A DNA stretch of 64,000 bases, taken from assembly GCA_021781515.1 (NCBI GenBank), contig JAJXWR010000003.1:3370-67369 (forward strand), given 5' to 3'. The position numbers were made by a program, and so were the translations under genes. This stretch comes from Pseudomonadota bacterium (GTDB taxonomy: Bacteria > Pseudomonadota > Gammaproteobacteria > Pseudomonadales > Moraxellaceae). Below the pieces are notes generated by a model. The model ran no database searches and was not told the origin of the DNA. It worked only from the letters and a program-made list of their open reading frames with translations. This document shows, piece by piece, positions 11,353 through 20,179 of this stretch (its first letter is position 1; the number at the start of each line of letters is the position of its first letter).

Positions 11353-11702
11353 AGGAAGGACTACAGCGTTTTAAAAATCAAACAGCGAGAACAGTATCCA
11401 CACACTCAGGCTCAATCCTTGTCGAACCCAACGACCATGACGCATCACACTGTCCCCCGTCCGCCACGCAAAAGCGCCGCTTGCCGCATCCGCTGAAAAA
11501 CAAAAAGCGTATGAAAAGTAAATCGTAGGACTCGGCATGGGATCACACCTGACTCCAGAACACCCACCCGTTCGAAAAAACGTAAAACCTGCCAGATCGC
11601 CAAGGCAGCACACCCAACACAGTATACCCAACGCAGTATACGTTGGAGTCTGCCTGAAATCAACGATTGCACGCCGCTGGCGGCGCAGCCAAACCCGTAA
11701 AG

Positions 11703-12182
11703 TCATGCGCAAATGTGCACCAGACACCCCACGTCAGCAAAGGCAAACACCTTCAGCAAAGCCGGATCATGCAGCCGGATACAACCATGCGAACGTGGCA
11801 CCCCCATCGGCTCCGTTGGGGGCGTGCCATGAATATAAATATAGCGTTGCATCGTATCACAATCCCCCCGCCGATTACGCCCCGGTTCATTGCCACAGAG
11901 CCAGAGAATCCGCGTTAAAATCCAGTCCCTCCCTTCATGACGTGCGGCCAGTTCTGGGGTCCAGATTTCTCCAGTGGGTCGCCTTCCGACAAAAACACTG
12001 CAAAGCGGCATCCCCTCGCCAATGCGTGCTCTCACGCGATGCCAGCCGCGGGGTGTCTGTTCACTGCCTTTCATCTCACCCACCCCCTTGACCGAGGTCG
12101 AACAGGCAAAACGCCCCATCTCCTGTTCATTTTCCAGCAGTGTTAATCGCTGTTCCGCAATATCTATACGAATCAGCCGCAT
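11703..12182 (-). CDS. L,D-transpeptidase (YkuD) family protein
   Basis: YIYIHGTPPTEPMGVPRSHGCIRLHD matches the YkuD catalytic HxxxxxxxxSxGCIR motif. Confidence 0.8.
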   Translation of the reverse strand: MRLIRIDIAEQRLTLLENEQEMGRFACSTSVKGVGEMKGSEQTPRGWHRVRARIGEGMPLCSVFVGRRPTGEIWTPELAARHEGRDWILTRILWLCGNEPGRNRRGDCDTMQRYIYIHGTPPTEPMGVPRSHGCIRLHDPALLKVFAFADVGCLVHICA

Positions 12183-12184
12183 TC

Positions 12185-12841
12185 CTATTCTTCCTCCACC
12201 GGATGCTGACTGACATAACGCATAATTAGTTTCAGTGCTTCTTCTGGGGTATCAACGATCTGCATCAATTGCAAATCCTGCTCATCAATGCAGCCCATGG
12301 CCAGTACCTCCTGGCGCAACCAGGCAAACAACCCTTGCCAGTAGGCAGATCCCACCAAAACCACTGGAAAACGTTCGATTTTACGCGTCTGAATCAGGGT
12401 AATAGCCTCAAACAGTTCATCCAGTGTGCCAAACCCCCCTGGGAAGATGACAAATGCCACCGCATGTTTGATAAACATGAATTTACGCACAAAAAAATAG
12501 CGAAAACTCAGGTGGATATCCTGAAAATCATTGGGTTGTTGTTCCATGGGCAAAGTGATATTCAGTCCGATCGAAAACTTTCCGAACCCGTAAGCTCCTT
12601 TATTGCCCGCTTCCATAATACCCGGGCCACCGCCGGTGATGACCGGAATTCCTGTGTCCGCCAACAGTGCCGCCAGTCGTTCGGCCGATTTATAATAGAC
12701 ACTGTCCGGTTTTAACCGCGCACTACCAAAAATAGTGACAGCCGCTCCTACCTTAGCCAGATGCTCTATCCCATCCACCAGTTCCGACTGAATACGCAGC
12801 ACCCGCCAAGCCTCAGGCATTTTTTTGTCGAACATACACAC
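12185..12841 (-). CDS. LOG family / TIGR00730 Rossmann-fold nucleotide-binding protein (cytokinin riboside 5'-monophosphate phosphoribohydrolase-like)
   Basis: Contains the PGGFGTLDELFEAITLIQT motif and GGGPGIMEAGNKGA. Confidence 0.85.
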   Translation of the reverse strand: MCMFDKKMPEAWRVLRIQSELVDGIEHLAKVGAAVTIFGSARLKPDSVYYKSAERLAALLADTGIPVITGGGPGIMEAGNKGAYGFGKFSIGLNITLPMEQQPNDFQDIHLSFRYFFVRKFMFIKHAVAFVIFPGGFGTLDELFEAITLIQTRKIERFPVVLVGSAYWQGLFAWLRQEVLAMGCIDEQDLQLMQIVDTPEEALKLIMRYVSQHPVEEE

Positions 12842-13037
12842 CCCTGCTTATCTCTGAAATTCCCTACAGTATAGCGGGTAATACTTGCTTCACTACGTTG
12901 CAATGACTCCGACAAATTGCACATAAGCACTTGCTATTTATCGGTTTTTGCAAAATTCCGCCCTGTTTTTCAGCAAATTCCCATAAATGACTCCACAACT
13001 TGTTAGTCACGGTCTGTTTGCTCGCTGAGGGACTGCC

Positions 13038-13343
13038 ATGCACCGCCTATTTCAACTTTTTCGCCTGTTTCCTAGCCTGAGTCTCTCTGGAATCGGCCTG
13101 CCGCCTGCTTTTGCTGACACAGCAGGTGATGCTAACTCTCCTTTACTGCATTTTTCCGGATTTGGTACCGTAGGTATCAATGAGAGTGGGGAGCGCAATG
13201 CCGACTGGCGCGCCACTAATGAAGAACTGAGCGGTGTTGGCCGCAGTACAGATCGCAGTGCCGCTCCGGATTCGCTCTTTGCCGTCCCGCATGACCATCC
13301 ATTTGCCGGATGTCTCTTTGACCAATTCCATCAGCAATATTAA
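13038..13343 (+). pseudogene. N-terminal fragment of an outer-membrane (porin-like) protein gene, truncated
   Basis: A signal-like N-terminus followed by LLHFSGFGTVGINESGERNADW resembles the start of beta-barrel OMP families. The ORF degenerates after about 85 codons and runs into the IS remnant. Confidence 0.35.
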
Positions 13344-13504
13344 TGGGGGAGATGTCACCTACCGGCTTAGTGTGCATGAGATTTTGTTCCGGCTGAATAT
13401 TGATGCAGGCAATAGCAGTCTGCGGCTCCCCTTTGGCACGGCACACTTTGGTCAGTAATTCCGTCCTGAATGCCAGCAAATGGGACAACCTTAATGAGCA
13501 CCGT

Positions 13505-13706
13505 GCGAAATCAGTTTGGGATAATTTCAACCTGCGCCACCATCAACGAATTACCTTTCACTTTACACCGATTCATGCCAGTTGGGTCAATCAGATCGAA
13601 TGTGGTTTGGCATTTTCAGTCGCAAGGTCTTACGCCAGTCACAGTGGCCATCACACGGAACCTTTACTTCCAGCATAAAAACAACACGAAAATTTGTGCA
13701 GGATAA
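13505..13706 (+). mobile_element. IS630-family transposase remnant (C-terminal DDE_3 end, frameshifted)
   Basis: VWDNFNLRHHQRITFHFTPIHASWVNQIECG matches the conserved IS630 C-terminal block (DN...H......HFTP..ASW.NQ.E). The tail continues in another frame (...ITRNLYFQHKNNTK). There is no intact N-terminal transposase part. Confidence 0.6.
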
Positions 13707-13936
13707 AACTGATGGTCAGCTTATTCTCATGAAAATAAATAAACCTAATTAAGGGATGCTGCCATAGTGCTGAAAAGTCCCAACCTGCTGGGTTATATTG
13801 ACAGGGCACATGTCACGCCCTCCGTGAAAATTTTATTAAATCTGGCCTGATCAGCGGTTGCTTTGCCACAACGTCCTTGCATGTCTCTGAAGGCTTATTT
13901 AGACTGTTGGCACCGTCGGTTCCGGACGAAAAATCC

Positions 13937-14611
13937 ATGCAAAATCTTTCCCAAGTGTGGTGCACTCTGGCCCTGCTCTGCCTGAGCGGGATACTTGGAG
14001 GCTGCGCAGCGTTTCCTCAATATCAGGTTCCGGTCAGGGACGTGCATGAGCGAAATGATTACCCAGCCAACGAATTAGCCTACGTGGATCTGCGCTTTTA
14101 CGAAGGCAACCCCGAGGACCCTCACCCTGATGACCTGGAATACAGCAGCATGACAGGTATTGCCCGTCAGGCTTTTATCGACAGTGGCCGCTACCAGGAT
14201 GTTACCTTTCAGCGTCCCTCGTTGCATTCGTCTGTGCCTCGCTACCGTCTGTCCATTTACGACGAAACGCCACTCACCGTTCCGGCGTTGACCGGTCTGC
14301 TGTGCGTACTCACCTACGACCTGTTTCCCATGATTGCCTCGCAACACTTCTACGTCTCACTCCAGCAACTGGATCCACAAACTGGTGCCGTACTGCAGGA
14401 ATCCCATAACACCGATACCATCCACGCCTATTTTGGCTGGCTGGCAATACCTGCCTGGGCTCTGGGTCATACCCACCACCGTGCCATCAATGACACACTG
14501 GAAAACCAGATCAAAGGACTGCTGCAAAAAAAAGCGGGCTACAATGCAGACTACAATGCGGACTACAATGACGATTCATCTGAATTCCGAGACTCAGACA
14601 GAAAACGATGA
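13937..14611 (+). CDS. Hypothetical lipoprotein with a C-terminal YNAD repeat
   Basis: The start at [23 protein letters not shown] gives a lipobox (LGGC). The C-terminus [12 protein letters not shown] is encoded by a 12-nt x3 repeat (14537-14572). I recognise no family. Confidence 0.55.
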   Translation: MQNLSQVWCTLALLCLSGILGGCAAFPQYQVPVRDVHERNDYPANELAYVDLRFYEGNPEDPHPDDLEYSSMTGIARQAFIDSGRYQDVTFQRPSLHSSVPRYRLSIYDETPLTVPALTGLLCVLTYDLFPMIASQHFYVSLQQLDPQTGAVLQESHNTDTIHAYFGWLAIPAWALGHTHHRAINDTLENQIKGLLQKKAGYNADYNADYNDDSSEFRDSDRKR

Positions 14612-14983
14612 ACCACAGCCACAGGTGGTCTGTGCATTCGGGTTCTTGACAATAAAACGCGACCCTTGCAATCCTTCACTATAATCCACCTGCGAACCCG
14701 CCAAGTACTGAAAGCTCAGTGGGTCCACCACCATGCGCACATCACCGTTACAAAATTCAGAGTCACCTTCTTTCACCATCTCATCAAAGGTAAATCCATA
14801 GGAGAAGCCAGCACAGCCACCGCCCGTAATATAGACACGTAACAAAAGCTCCTGGTTTTCTTCCGAGGATCTTAACCTGCGGATTTTCTCTGCCGCCGCA
14901 TCCGTCAGACTCATCGCCGGCTCTGAAGAGGTCATTGAAGTGGTCATCGGTGAAGACATCAATATGCTGCGAGAACTCCTCAT
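14594..14983 (-). CDS. erpA: Iron-sulfur cluster insertion protein ErpA (A-type carrier)
   Basis: Contains [20 protein letters not shown] and [16 protein letters not shown], conserved ErpA/IscA signatures. The true start may be one of the internal Met codons (14959 or 14947). Confidence 0.9.
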   Translation of the reverse strand: MRSSRSILMSSPMTTSMTSSEPAMSLTDAAAEKIRRLRSSEENQELLLRVYITGGGCAGFSYGFTFDEMVKEGDSEFCNGDVRMVVDPLSFQYLAGSQVDYSEGLQGSRFIVKNPNAQTTCGCGSSFSV

Positions 14984-15170
14984 TACTGAAAGAGTCGGGA
15001 TAGCGCCTGTCTTGTAAACAGCCTGTTCTCGCTTCCTCCGTTACGTCATGCTATCTTCGTTCAACATAAAACCCGCAACACGCACGCAACGCACCTTGCG
15101 GCAGAGGCGGCACTCTTTGTTTGTAGCCTATCAAAATTCCGCAATAATTCCTAGTATATTAGTCGGATTT

Positions 15171-15198
15171 AATTCAGAAAACATGAATTCAGAAAACA
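15171..15198. repeat. Direct repeat AATTCAGAAAACA x2 (15-bp period) in the erpA upstream region
   Basis: Identical 13-mers at 15171-15183 and 15186-15198, read directly from the sequence. Confidence 0.85.
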
Positions 15199-15203
15199 GG
15201 CGC

Positions 15204-16124
15204 TCAGGAAATTTGACACCAGGCCACACAATGACCGTACAGGCTGCCAATATACAGACGCCCCTCCTGTTCACACACGCCGGTGGCTTGATTTAAGTCA
15301 TTATTTTTCCAGCAAAAATCATGACAAAGGCGCCCATGCTGATCATAAGCCTGTACCCATAGCCAGCGATCTGCCGACGGTGACAAAGCCGGTGGCAAGC
15401 GCCCCAACCACTGTCGGCTTTGCCGAGGCAATGACCACAGCAGCCGCAATGCCGCAGGCGGTGTAGTCACCAAGGCCACCCAGATCAGGCCGTCCGTGCC
15501 CAACGCCATGTTGTCCGGCATGGCCGGCAGGGATTTCCACACCTCCTGCTGTCCTTGCTGCGGCCCGCCTAGCCAATAACGCCGCAAGCGCAATGCTGCC
15601 GTTTCAGCCACGATCAGGGAATTTTCTTCAGCATCCAGTACCAGTCCATTGGCGAAGGCCAACCCATCCATTAACAGCGTCAATTGTCCCTGAACGTTTA
15701 AGGAATACACCGCCCCCGTTGGAATATTCTCCACAATATCCCGATGGAACTGCTGTACAGGATAGCGTCGACTCGACGTACTGAAATACACCGTGCCTGA
15801 ACGACCCACCACCACATTGCTGCAAAACGGCAAAGGTTCCCCAAAAGCCCGGTTAATAACGACGTTCAGTGTATGGTGCTTCGGGTGCAGGTACAGCAAT
15901 CCTTGCGGGCTATCACAGACCCAAAGCCCACCATCGGCAGCCATGGCCAGCCCCAAAGGCCGCCCCCCCGTCCGGCTCAGCGTTCTGATCGCACCAGAGC
16001 GGGGATTGATGCTCAACAGACGCCCATCCGCCAGGCCAGTGCGCACATTGCCCTGAAAATCCATCACTACATCTTCAGGCCCTGAACCTGGTAAGGCAAT
16101 TTGCTGCAATTTTGGCAATACCAT
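15204..16124 (-). CDS. SMP-30/gluconolactonase/strictosidine-synthase-like beta-propeller protein
   Basis: Contains GRPLGLAMAADGGLWVCDS, GTVYFSTSS, ANGLVLD and PDNMALGTDGLIWVAL, repeats typical of the SGL/strictosidine synthase fold. I chose the start at MVLPKLQ (16124) to avoid overlapping the upstream acyl-CoA dehydrogenase (ACAD) gene. Confidence 0.7.
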   Translation of the reverse strand: MVLPKLQQIALPGSGPEDVVMDFQGNVRTGLADGRLLSINPRSGAIRTLSRTGGRPLGLAMAADGGLWVCDSPQGLLYLHPKHHTLNVVINRAFGEPLPFCSNVVVGRSGTVYFSTSSRRYPVQQFHRDIVENIPTGAVYSLNVQGQLTLLMDGLAFANGLVLDAEENSLIVAETAALRLRRYWLGGPQQGQQEVWKSLPAMPDNMALGTDGLIWVALVTTPPAALRLLWSLPRQSRQWLGRLPPALSPSADRWLWVQAYDQHGRLCHDFCWKNNDLNQATGVCEQEGRLYIGSLYGHCVAWCQIS

Positions 16125-16177
16125 CGTATCTCTGCCTGTTGCCTGTTTTGTGTGCCTGCGTCCGTACTGCAGCAGAT

Positions 16178-17947
16178 TCAGAAATAATCCGCTGCAAAGG
16201 ACATCAGCAGTGCCGCACCACTGCGTATTGCCGCCAGTCGTCCATGAATCTCGGGCAACATACGCTGCATAAAAAAGGCACCCAATTGCAGTTTGTTCCG
16301 ATAAAACTCCTCCGAGCGTCCTACCGATGCCCGGGCCATAAGCGACCACATATGCGCATAGCAGGTCAGGCCAAAGAGATGCAAATAATCGACTGCCGCT
16401 GAATTGGCAAACTCAGCATCCCCCCGACTGTTGTCGATCAATAGCTGTGTGGCAGTCTCCAACGTGTTGGCAGCCTCCCGCAGCCCTTCTGTGCAAAATT
16501 GCAGTTCAGGGGGCAGTTCATCGGCAACACGACGTATTTCCTCCAGATAATTCATCACTGAGGCACCCTGGCCACGCACAACTTTACGCCCCGCCAGATC
16601 CATGGCCTGAACGCCATTGGTGCCCTCATAAATCTGCGCAATACGCGTATCGCGCACCCACTGTTCCATGCCCCACTCACGGATATAGCCATGCCCACCA
16701 AATACCTGTTGAGCCAGCACACAGGCATCAAACCCGCGATCGGTCAAAAATGCCTTGGCAATCGGGGTCAGCAAGGCCACCCGGTCTTTGGCCTGATTGC
16801 GCACTTGCGCATCGGTGGCATATCGACTATTATCAAGCGCTTCAGAGACATACATGGCAAAACACCGGGCAGCCTCATTGTGGGCACGGATGGTCAGCAA
16901 CATTCTCCGGATATCCGGATGCACCAGCAACGGATCAGCCACCTTATCCGGACAGGCGGCCCCCCGCGCTGAACGTCCCTGCAACCGATCATGCGCATAG
17001 GCGGCTGCATTCTGATACGCTGATTCTGAAGCACCCAGTCCCTGAATTCCCATCGACAGCCGTTCGTAGTTCATCATGACAAACATGGCCGCCAGACCTT
17101 CATTCGGCTTACCCACCAGCCAACCTTTGGCCGCATCAAAATTCATGACGCAGGTGGCCGATCCCTTGATGCCCATTTTATGTTCAATGGAGCCAACACT
17201 AACGGCATTGCGCGCCCCCAGTGATCCATCCGGGTTGACCAGGTATTTAGGGACGAGAAACAGTGAAATTCCTTTAGAGCCGGCCGGGGCACCCGGTAGT
17301 TTTGCCAACACCAGATGCACAATATTTTCCACCAGATCATGCTCACCGCCGGTAATAAAAATTTTTGTGCCAGAGATTGCATAGGACTCATCGCCCAAAG
17401 GTTCCGCCCTGGTGCGAATAATCCCCAGATCAGTACCCGCATGTGGTTCCGTCAGGCACATGGTACCCGACCAGATACCTTCATATATTTTTGGCAGATA
17501 AAGCTGGTTAATCACGGGGTCTGCATGTTGCGACATGGCCAGTGCAGCACCAATACCTAATTGGGGATACAGTGCAAAAGAAGGGTTGCAGGCATAAAGT
17601 ATCTCATCGGTCATGACAGTGACCATTTTAGGAAATCCCTGGCCTCCGTACGCTTTGTCCGCACCCAGACCAATCCACCCCCCTTGGGCATATTGCCGGA
17701 ATGCCTCCTTAAACCCGCTGGGAGTGACCACCTCATCCCCCACCATCTTACAACCTTCTTCATCGCCACTGCGATTCAAGGGAAAGATGACCTGCGCATT
17801 AAAACGTGCACTTTCCTCTAGGATGGCATCCACAATTTCCCGATCCACCTCAGCAAATGCCGGGTTAGCGGCCCAGCGTCTGTCCGCCTGAAACACTTCG
17901 AATGCCACAAACCGCATATCCCGTAAAGGAGCTTTGTACACCGGCAT
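16178..17947 (-). CDS. Large acyl-CoA dehydrogenase (N- and C-terminal extension type)
   Basis: 589 aa with MPVYKAPLRDMRFV, GTMCLTEPHAGTDLG, GIKGSATC and QVFGGHGYIREWGMEQ. Confidence 0.9.
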   Translation of the reverse strand: MPVYKAPLRDMRFVAFEVFQADRRWAANPAFAEVDREIVDAILEESARFNAQVIFPLNRSGDEEGCKMVGDEVVTPSGFKEAFRQYAQGGWIGLGADKAYGGQGFPKMVTVMTDEILYACNPSFALYPQLGIGAALAMSQHADPVINQLYLPKIYEGIWSGTMCLTEPHAGTDLGIIRTRAEPLGDESYAISGTKIFITGGEHDLVENIVHLVLAKLPGAPAGSKGISLFLVPKYLVNPDGSLGARNAVSVGSIEHKMGIKGSATCVMNFDAAKGWLVGKPNEGLAAMFVMMNYERLSMGIQGLGASESAYQNAAAYAHDRLQGRSARGAACPDKVADPLLVHPDIRRMLLTIRAHNEAARCFAMYVSEALDNSRYATDAQVRNQAKDRVALLTPIAKAFLTDRGFDACVLAQQVFGGHGYIREWGMEQWVRDTRIAQIYEGTNGVQAMDLAGRKVVRGQGASVMNYLEEIRRVADELPPELQFCTEGLREAANTLETATQLLIDNSRGDAEFANSAAVDYLHLFGLTCYAHMWSLMARASVGRSEEFYRNKLQLGAFFMQRMLPEIHGRLAAIRSGAALLMSFAADYF

Positions 17948-18047
17948 GATTATTCCTCAATCAGAAAGACCACTTTAACAACCCGACAAGACGGCGAAAC
18001 TGCAACCGCCTCGCTACCCCCGCTTGCCCCGTTGGGGCATCAGTAAT

Positions 18048-18074
18048 ACAAAAGCCCGTGAACCGGGCTTTTGT
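18048..18074 (-). terminator. Intrinsic-terminator-like hairpin after the upstream ACAD gene
   Basis: ACAAAAGCCCG (18048-18058) pairs perfectly with CGGGCTTTTGT (18064-18074) across a 5-nt loop, 29 nt beyond the stop of the 18103..19902 gene. The U-rich stretch is partly inside the stem. Confidence 0.5.
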
Positions 18075-18102
18075 GCTGCAACTATTGTAAACGGACTGCC
18101 AG

Positions 18103-19902
18103 CTAAAACGCCATATGTTCTGCATCAATCTGCATCAGTACTTCCATGCCACTTTCAATCACGGCACGATGCAGTTGTGTACGTGGCAGGATTCTTTTGA
18201 AGTAAAACCTTGCCGTTTGCAGTTTGGCCTGATAAAACGCCACATCTTCAGTACCTGCGGCGATTTTTTCCTGTGCCGCCAGTGCCATCCAGGCCCAGAG
18301 ATAACCCATGGTGACATAGCCGGAATACATCATGTAATCCACAGCGGCAGCCCCAACTTCATCCGGATTCTGCATGGCTTTCATACCAATACCGGTCGTC
18401 ATGTCAGCCCATTCCTGATTCAGACGGGTCAACTCCGTAACAAACTCCGCCATTGCCGGGTTTGCTTCTTGCGCCTTACAGAATTTATGCACTATTTTAG
18501 TAAACTGCCGCAACATGGCTCCTTGCGTCTGCAGCACCTTGCGTCCCAGCAAATCCAACGCCTGGATCTGCGTGGTTCCTTCATACAACAAGGCAATCCG
18601 GGTATCACGAACGATCTGTTCCATTCCCCATTCACGGATAAACCCGTGCCCGCCATACACCTGCACCCCGTGATTCGCAGCTTCAAAACCCACTTCCGTG
18701 AGAAACGCCTTACCAATAGGCGTCAGGAAGCTCATCATGTCATCCGCCGCCTTGCGCTCTTCCTCGGTCTGCCCTTTCAGAACAATATCGGTAAAGGTAG
18801 ACAACCAGTACACCATGGCGCGGCCACCTTCAGCGAAGGCTTTTTGGGTCATCAGCATCTGCCGGACGGACGGGTGAACGATAATCGGATCCGCTTCCTT
18901 GTCCGGTGCCTTAACCCCTGACAACGAACGCATCGCCAGACGATCCCGTGCATAGGCCAGCGCCCCCTGGAAAGATCCTTCTGCCGCACAAACCCCTTGC
19001 AGTGCCGTACCGATTCGCGCCGTATTCATGAACGTGAACATACAGTTCAGGCCACGATTTGGTGGCCCGATCAAAAATCCAGTCGCTCCATCAAAATTCA
19101 TTACACAGGTGGCCGATCCTTTAATACCCATCTTGTGTTCAATAGACCCACATTTCACCTGATTACGCACACCGACACTGCCATCGGCTTTCGGCAGAAA
19201 TTTCGGCACAATAAACAGGGAAATCCCCTTGGTGCCTTTGGGCGCATCCGGTAACCGTGCCAGCACAACATGGATAATATTTTCTGCCATATCATGTTCA
19301 CCCGCCGAAATGAAAATCTTCGTGCCGGTGACCCGGTAACTGCCATCCTCCTGGGGTTCTGCACGGGTGCGAATAATACCCAGATCAGATCCCGCCTGTG
19401 CCTCGGTCAGGCACATCGTCCCGGTCCATTGTCCAGTAATCAGTTTATTCAGGTAGGTCGTTTTCTGTTCCTCAGAACCATGCGCTTCAATGGTGTTGAC
19501 CGCACCATGCGACAGCCCCGGATACATCGCCCACGACCAGTTGGCCGTGCCATTCATCTCACTGACGACAATACCCAGCGAAGCCGGCAACCCTTGCCCC
19601 CCGTATTCAGGCTCGGCATTGAGCGCCCCATAGCCCAGTTCCACGAATTTCTTATAGGCTTCCTTGAAACCTTTGGGGGTCGTAACCACACCGTCTGCAA
19701 AATGACAACCTTCCTCATCACCATTACGGTTGATCGGGGATAACTCGTTTTCCGAAAACTGGGCTCCTGCCTCGATAATACTGTCAACCAGTTCCCGGTC
19801 CGTTTCGGCATAGCCGGGAATACTTGCATAGTGTTGCCCTACCTTGAGTACATCATGCAACACAAACTGAATATCACGCAGAGGAGCCTTGTATTGAGTC
19901 AT
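18103..19902 (-). CDS. Large acyl-CoA dehydrogenase, tandem paralogue
   Basis: 599 aa with MTQYKAPLRDIQFV, GTMCLTEAQAGSDLG, GIKGSATC and QVYGGHGFIREWGMEQ. It is colinear with the 16178..17947 product. Confidence 0.9.
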   Translation of the reverse strand: MTQYKAPLRDIQFVLHDVLKVGQHYASIPGYAETDRELVDSIIEAGAQFSENELSPINRNGDEEGCHFADGVVTTPKGFKEAYKKFVELGYGALNAEPEYGGQGLPASLGIVVSEMNGTANWSWAMYPGLSHGAVNTIEAHGSEEQKTTYLNKLITGQWTGTMCLTEAQAGSDLGIIRTRAEPQEDGSYRVTGTKIFISAGEHDMAENIIHVVLARLPDAPKGTKGISLFIVPKFLPKADGSVGVRNQVKCGSIEHKMGIKGSATCVMNFDGATGFLIGPPNRGLNCMFTFMNTARIGTALQGVCAAEGSFQGALAYARDRLAMRSLSGVKAPDKEADPIIVHPSVRQMLMTQKAFAEGGRAMVYWLSTFTDIVLKGQTEEERKAADDMMSFLTPIGKAFLTEVGFEAANHGVQVYGGHGFIREWGMEQIVRDTRIALLYEGTTQIQALDLLGRKVLQTQGAMLRQFTKIVHKFCKAQEANPAMAEFVTELTRLNQEWADMTTGIGMKAMQNPDEVGAAAVDYMMYSGYVTMGYLWAWMALAAQEKIAAGTEDVAFYQAKLQTARFYFKRILPRTQLHRAVIESGMEVLMQIDAEHMAF

Positions 19903-20106
19903 ACCTGTTTACCCTCAGATCATTACCATAAAACACAGTCAGTCATCATCGACCCGATCAACCCGATCGATCAGATCACCCCTCCAATGCAAACACCGGT
20001 TCGTCCGTTTGCATCACTATCGCAGAAATATTCTGGAAGTATGCTCGATTCTAGTTCAGAATCCCATTATCCTGTAGTAGAATTTATGACTCATGGGTTT
20101 TTCCTG

Positions 20107-20179
20107 CTCACCACCGTTCTACTACCTCACCACCGTTCTACTACCTCACCACCGTTCTACTACCTCACCACCGTTCTAC
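20107..20179. repeat. 19-bp tandem repeat, about 3.8 copies (CTCACCACCGTTCTACTAC)
   Basis: Units at 20107-20125, 20126-20144 and 20145-20163, plus a partial unit at 20164-20179. The last copy contains the stop codon and final codons of the helicase gene. Confidence 0.95.

Noticed and set aside
11371-11727. 118-aa minus-strand ORF between the L,D-transpeptidase gene and ribF
   Set aside because: It has no recognisable motif or SD, is Cys/Arg/Trp-rich, and overlaps the upstream gene's end. I kept it only as an unexplained region in the findings.
20107-20179. Possible CRISPR array
   Set aside because: The repeats are contiguous with no spacers, the unit is only 19 bp, and no cas genes are nearby. 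It is a simple tandem repeat.
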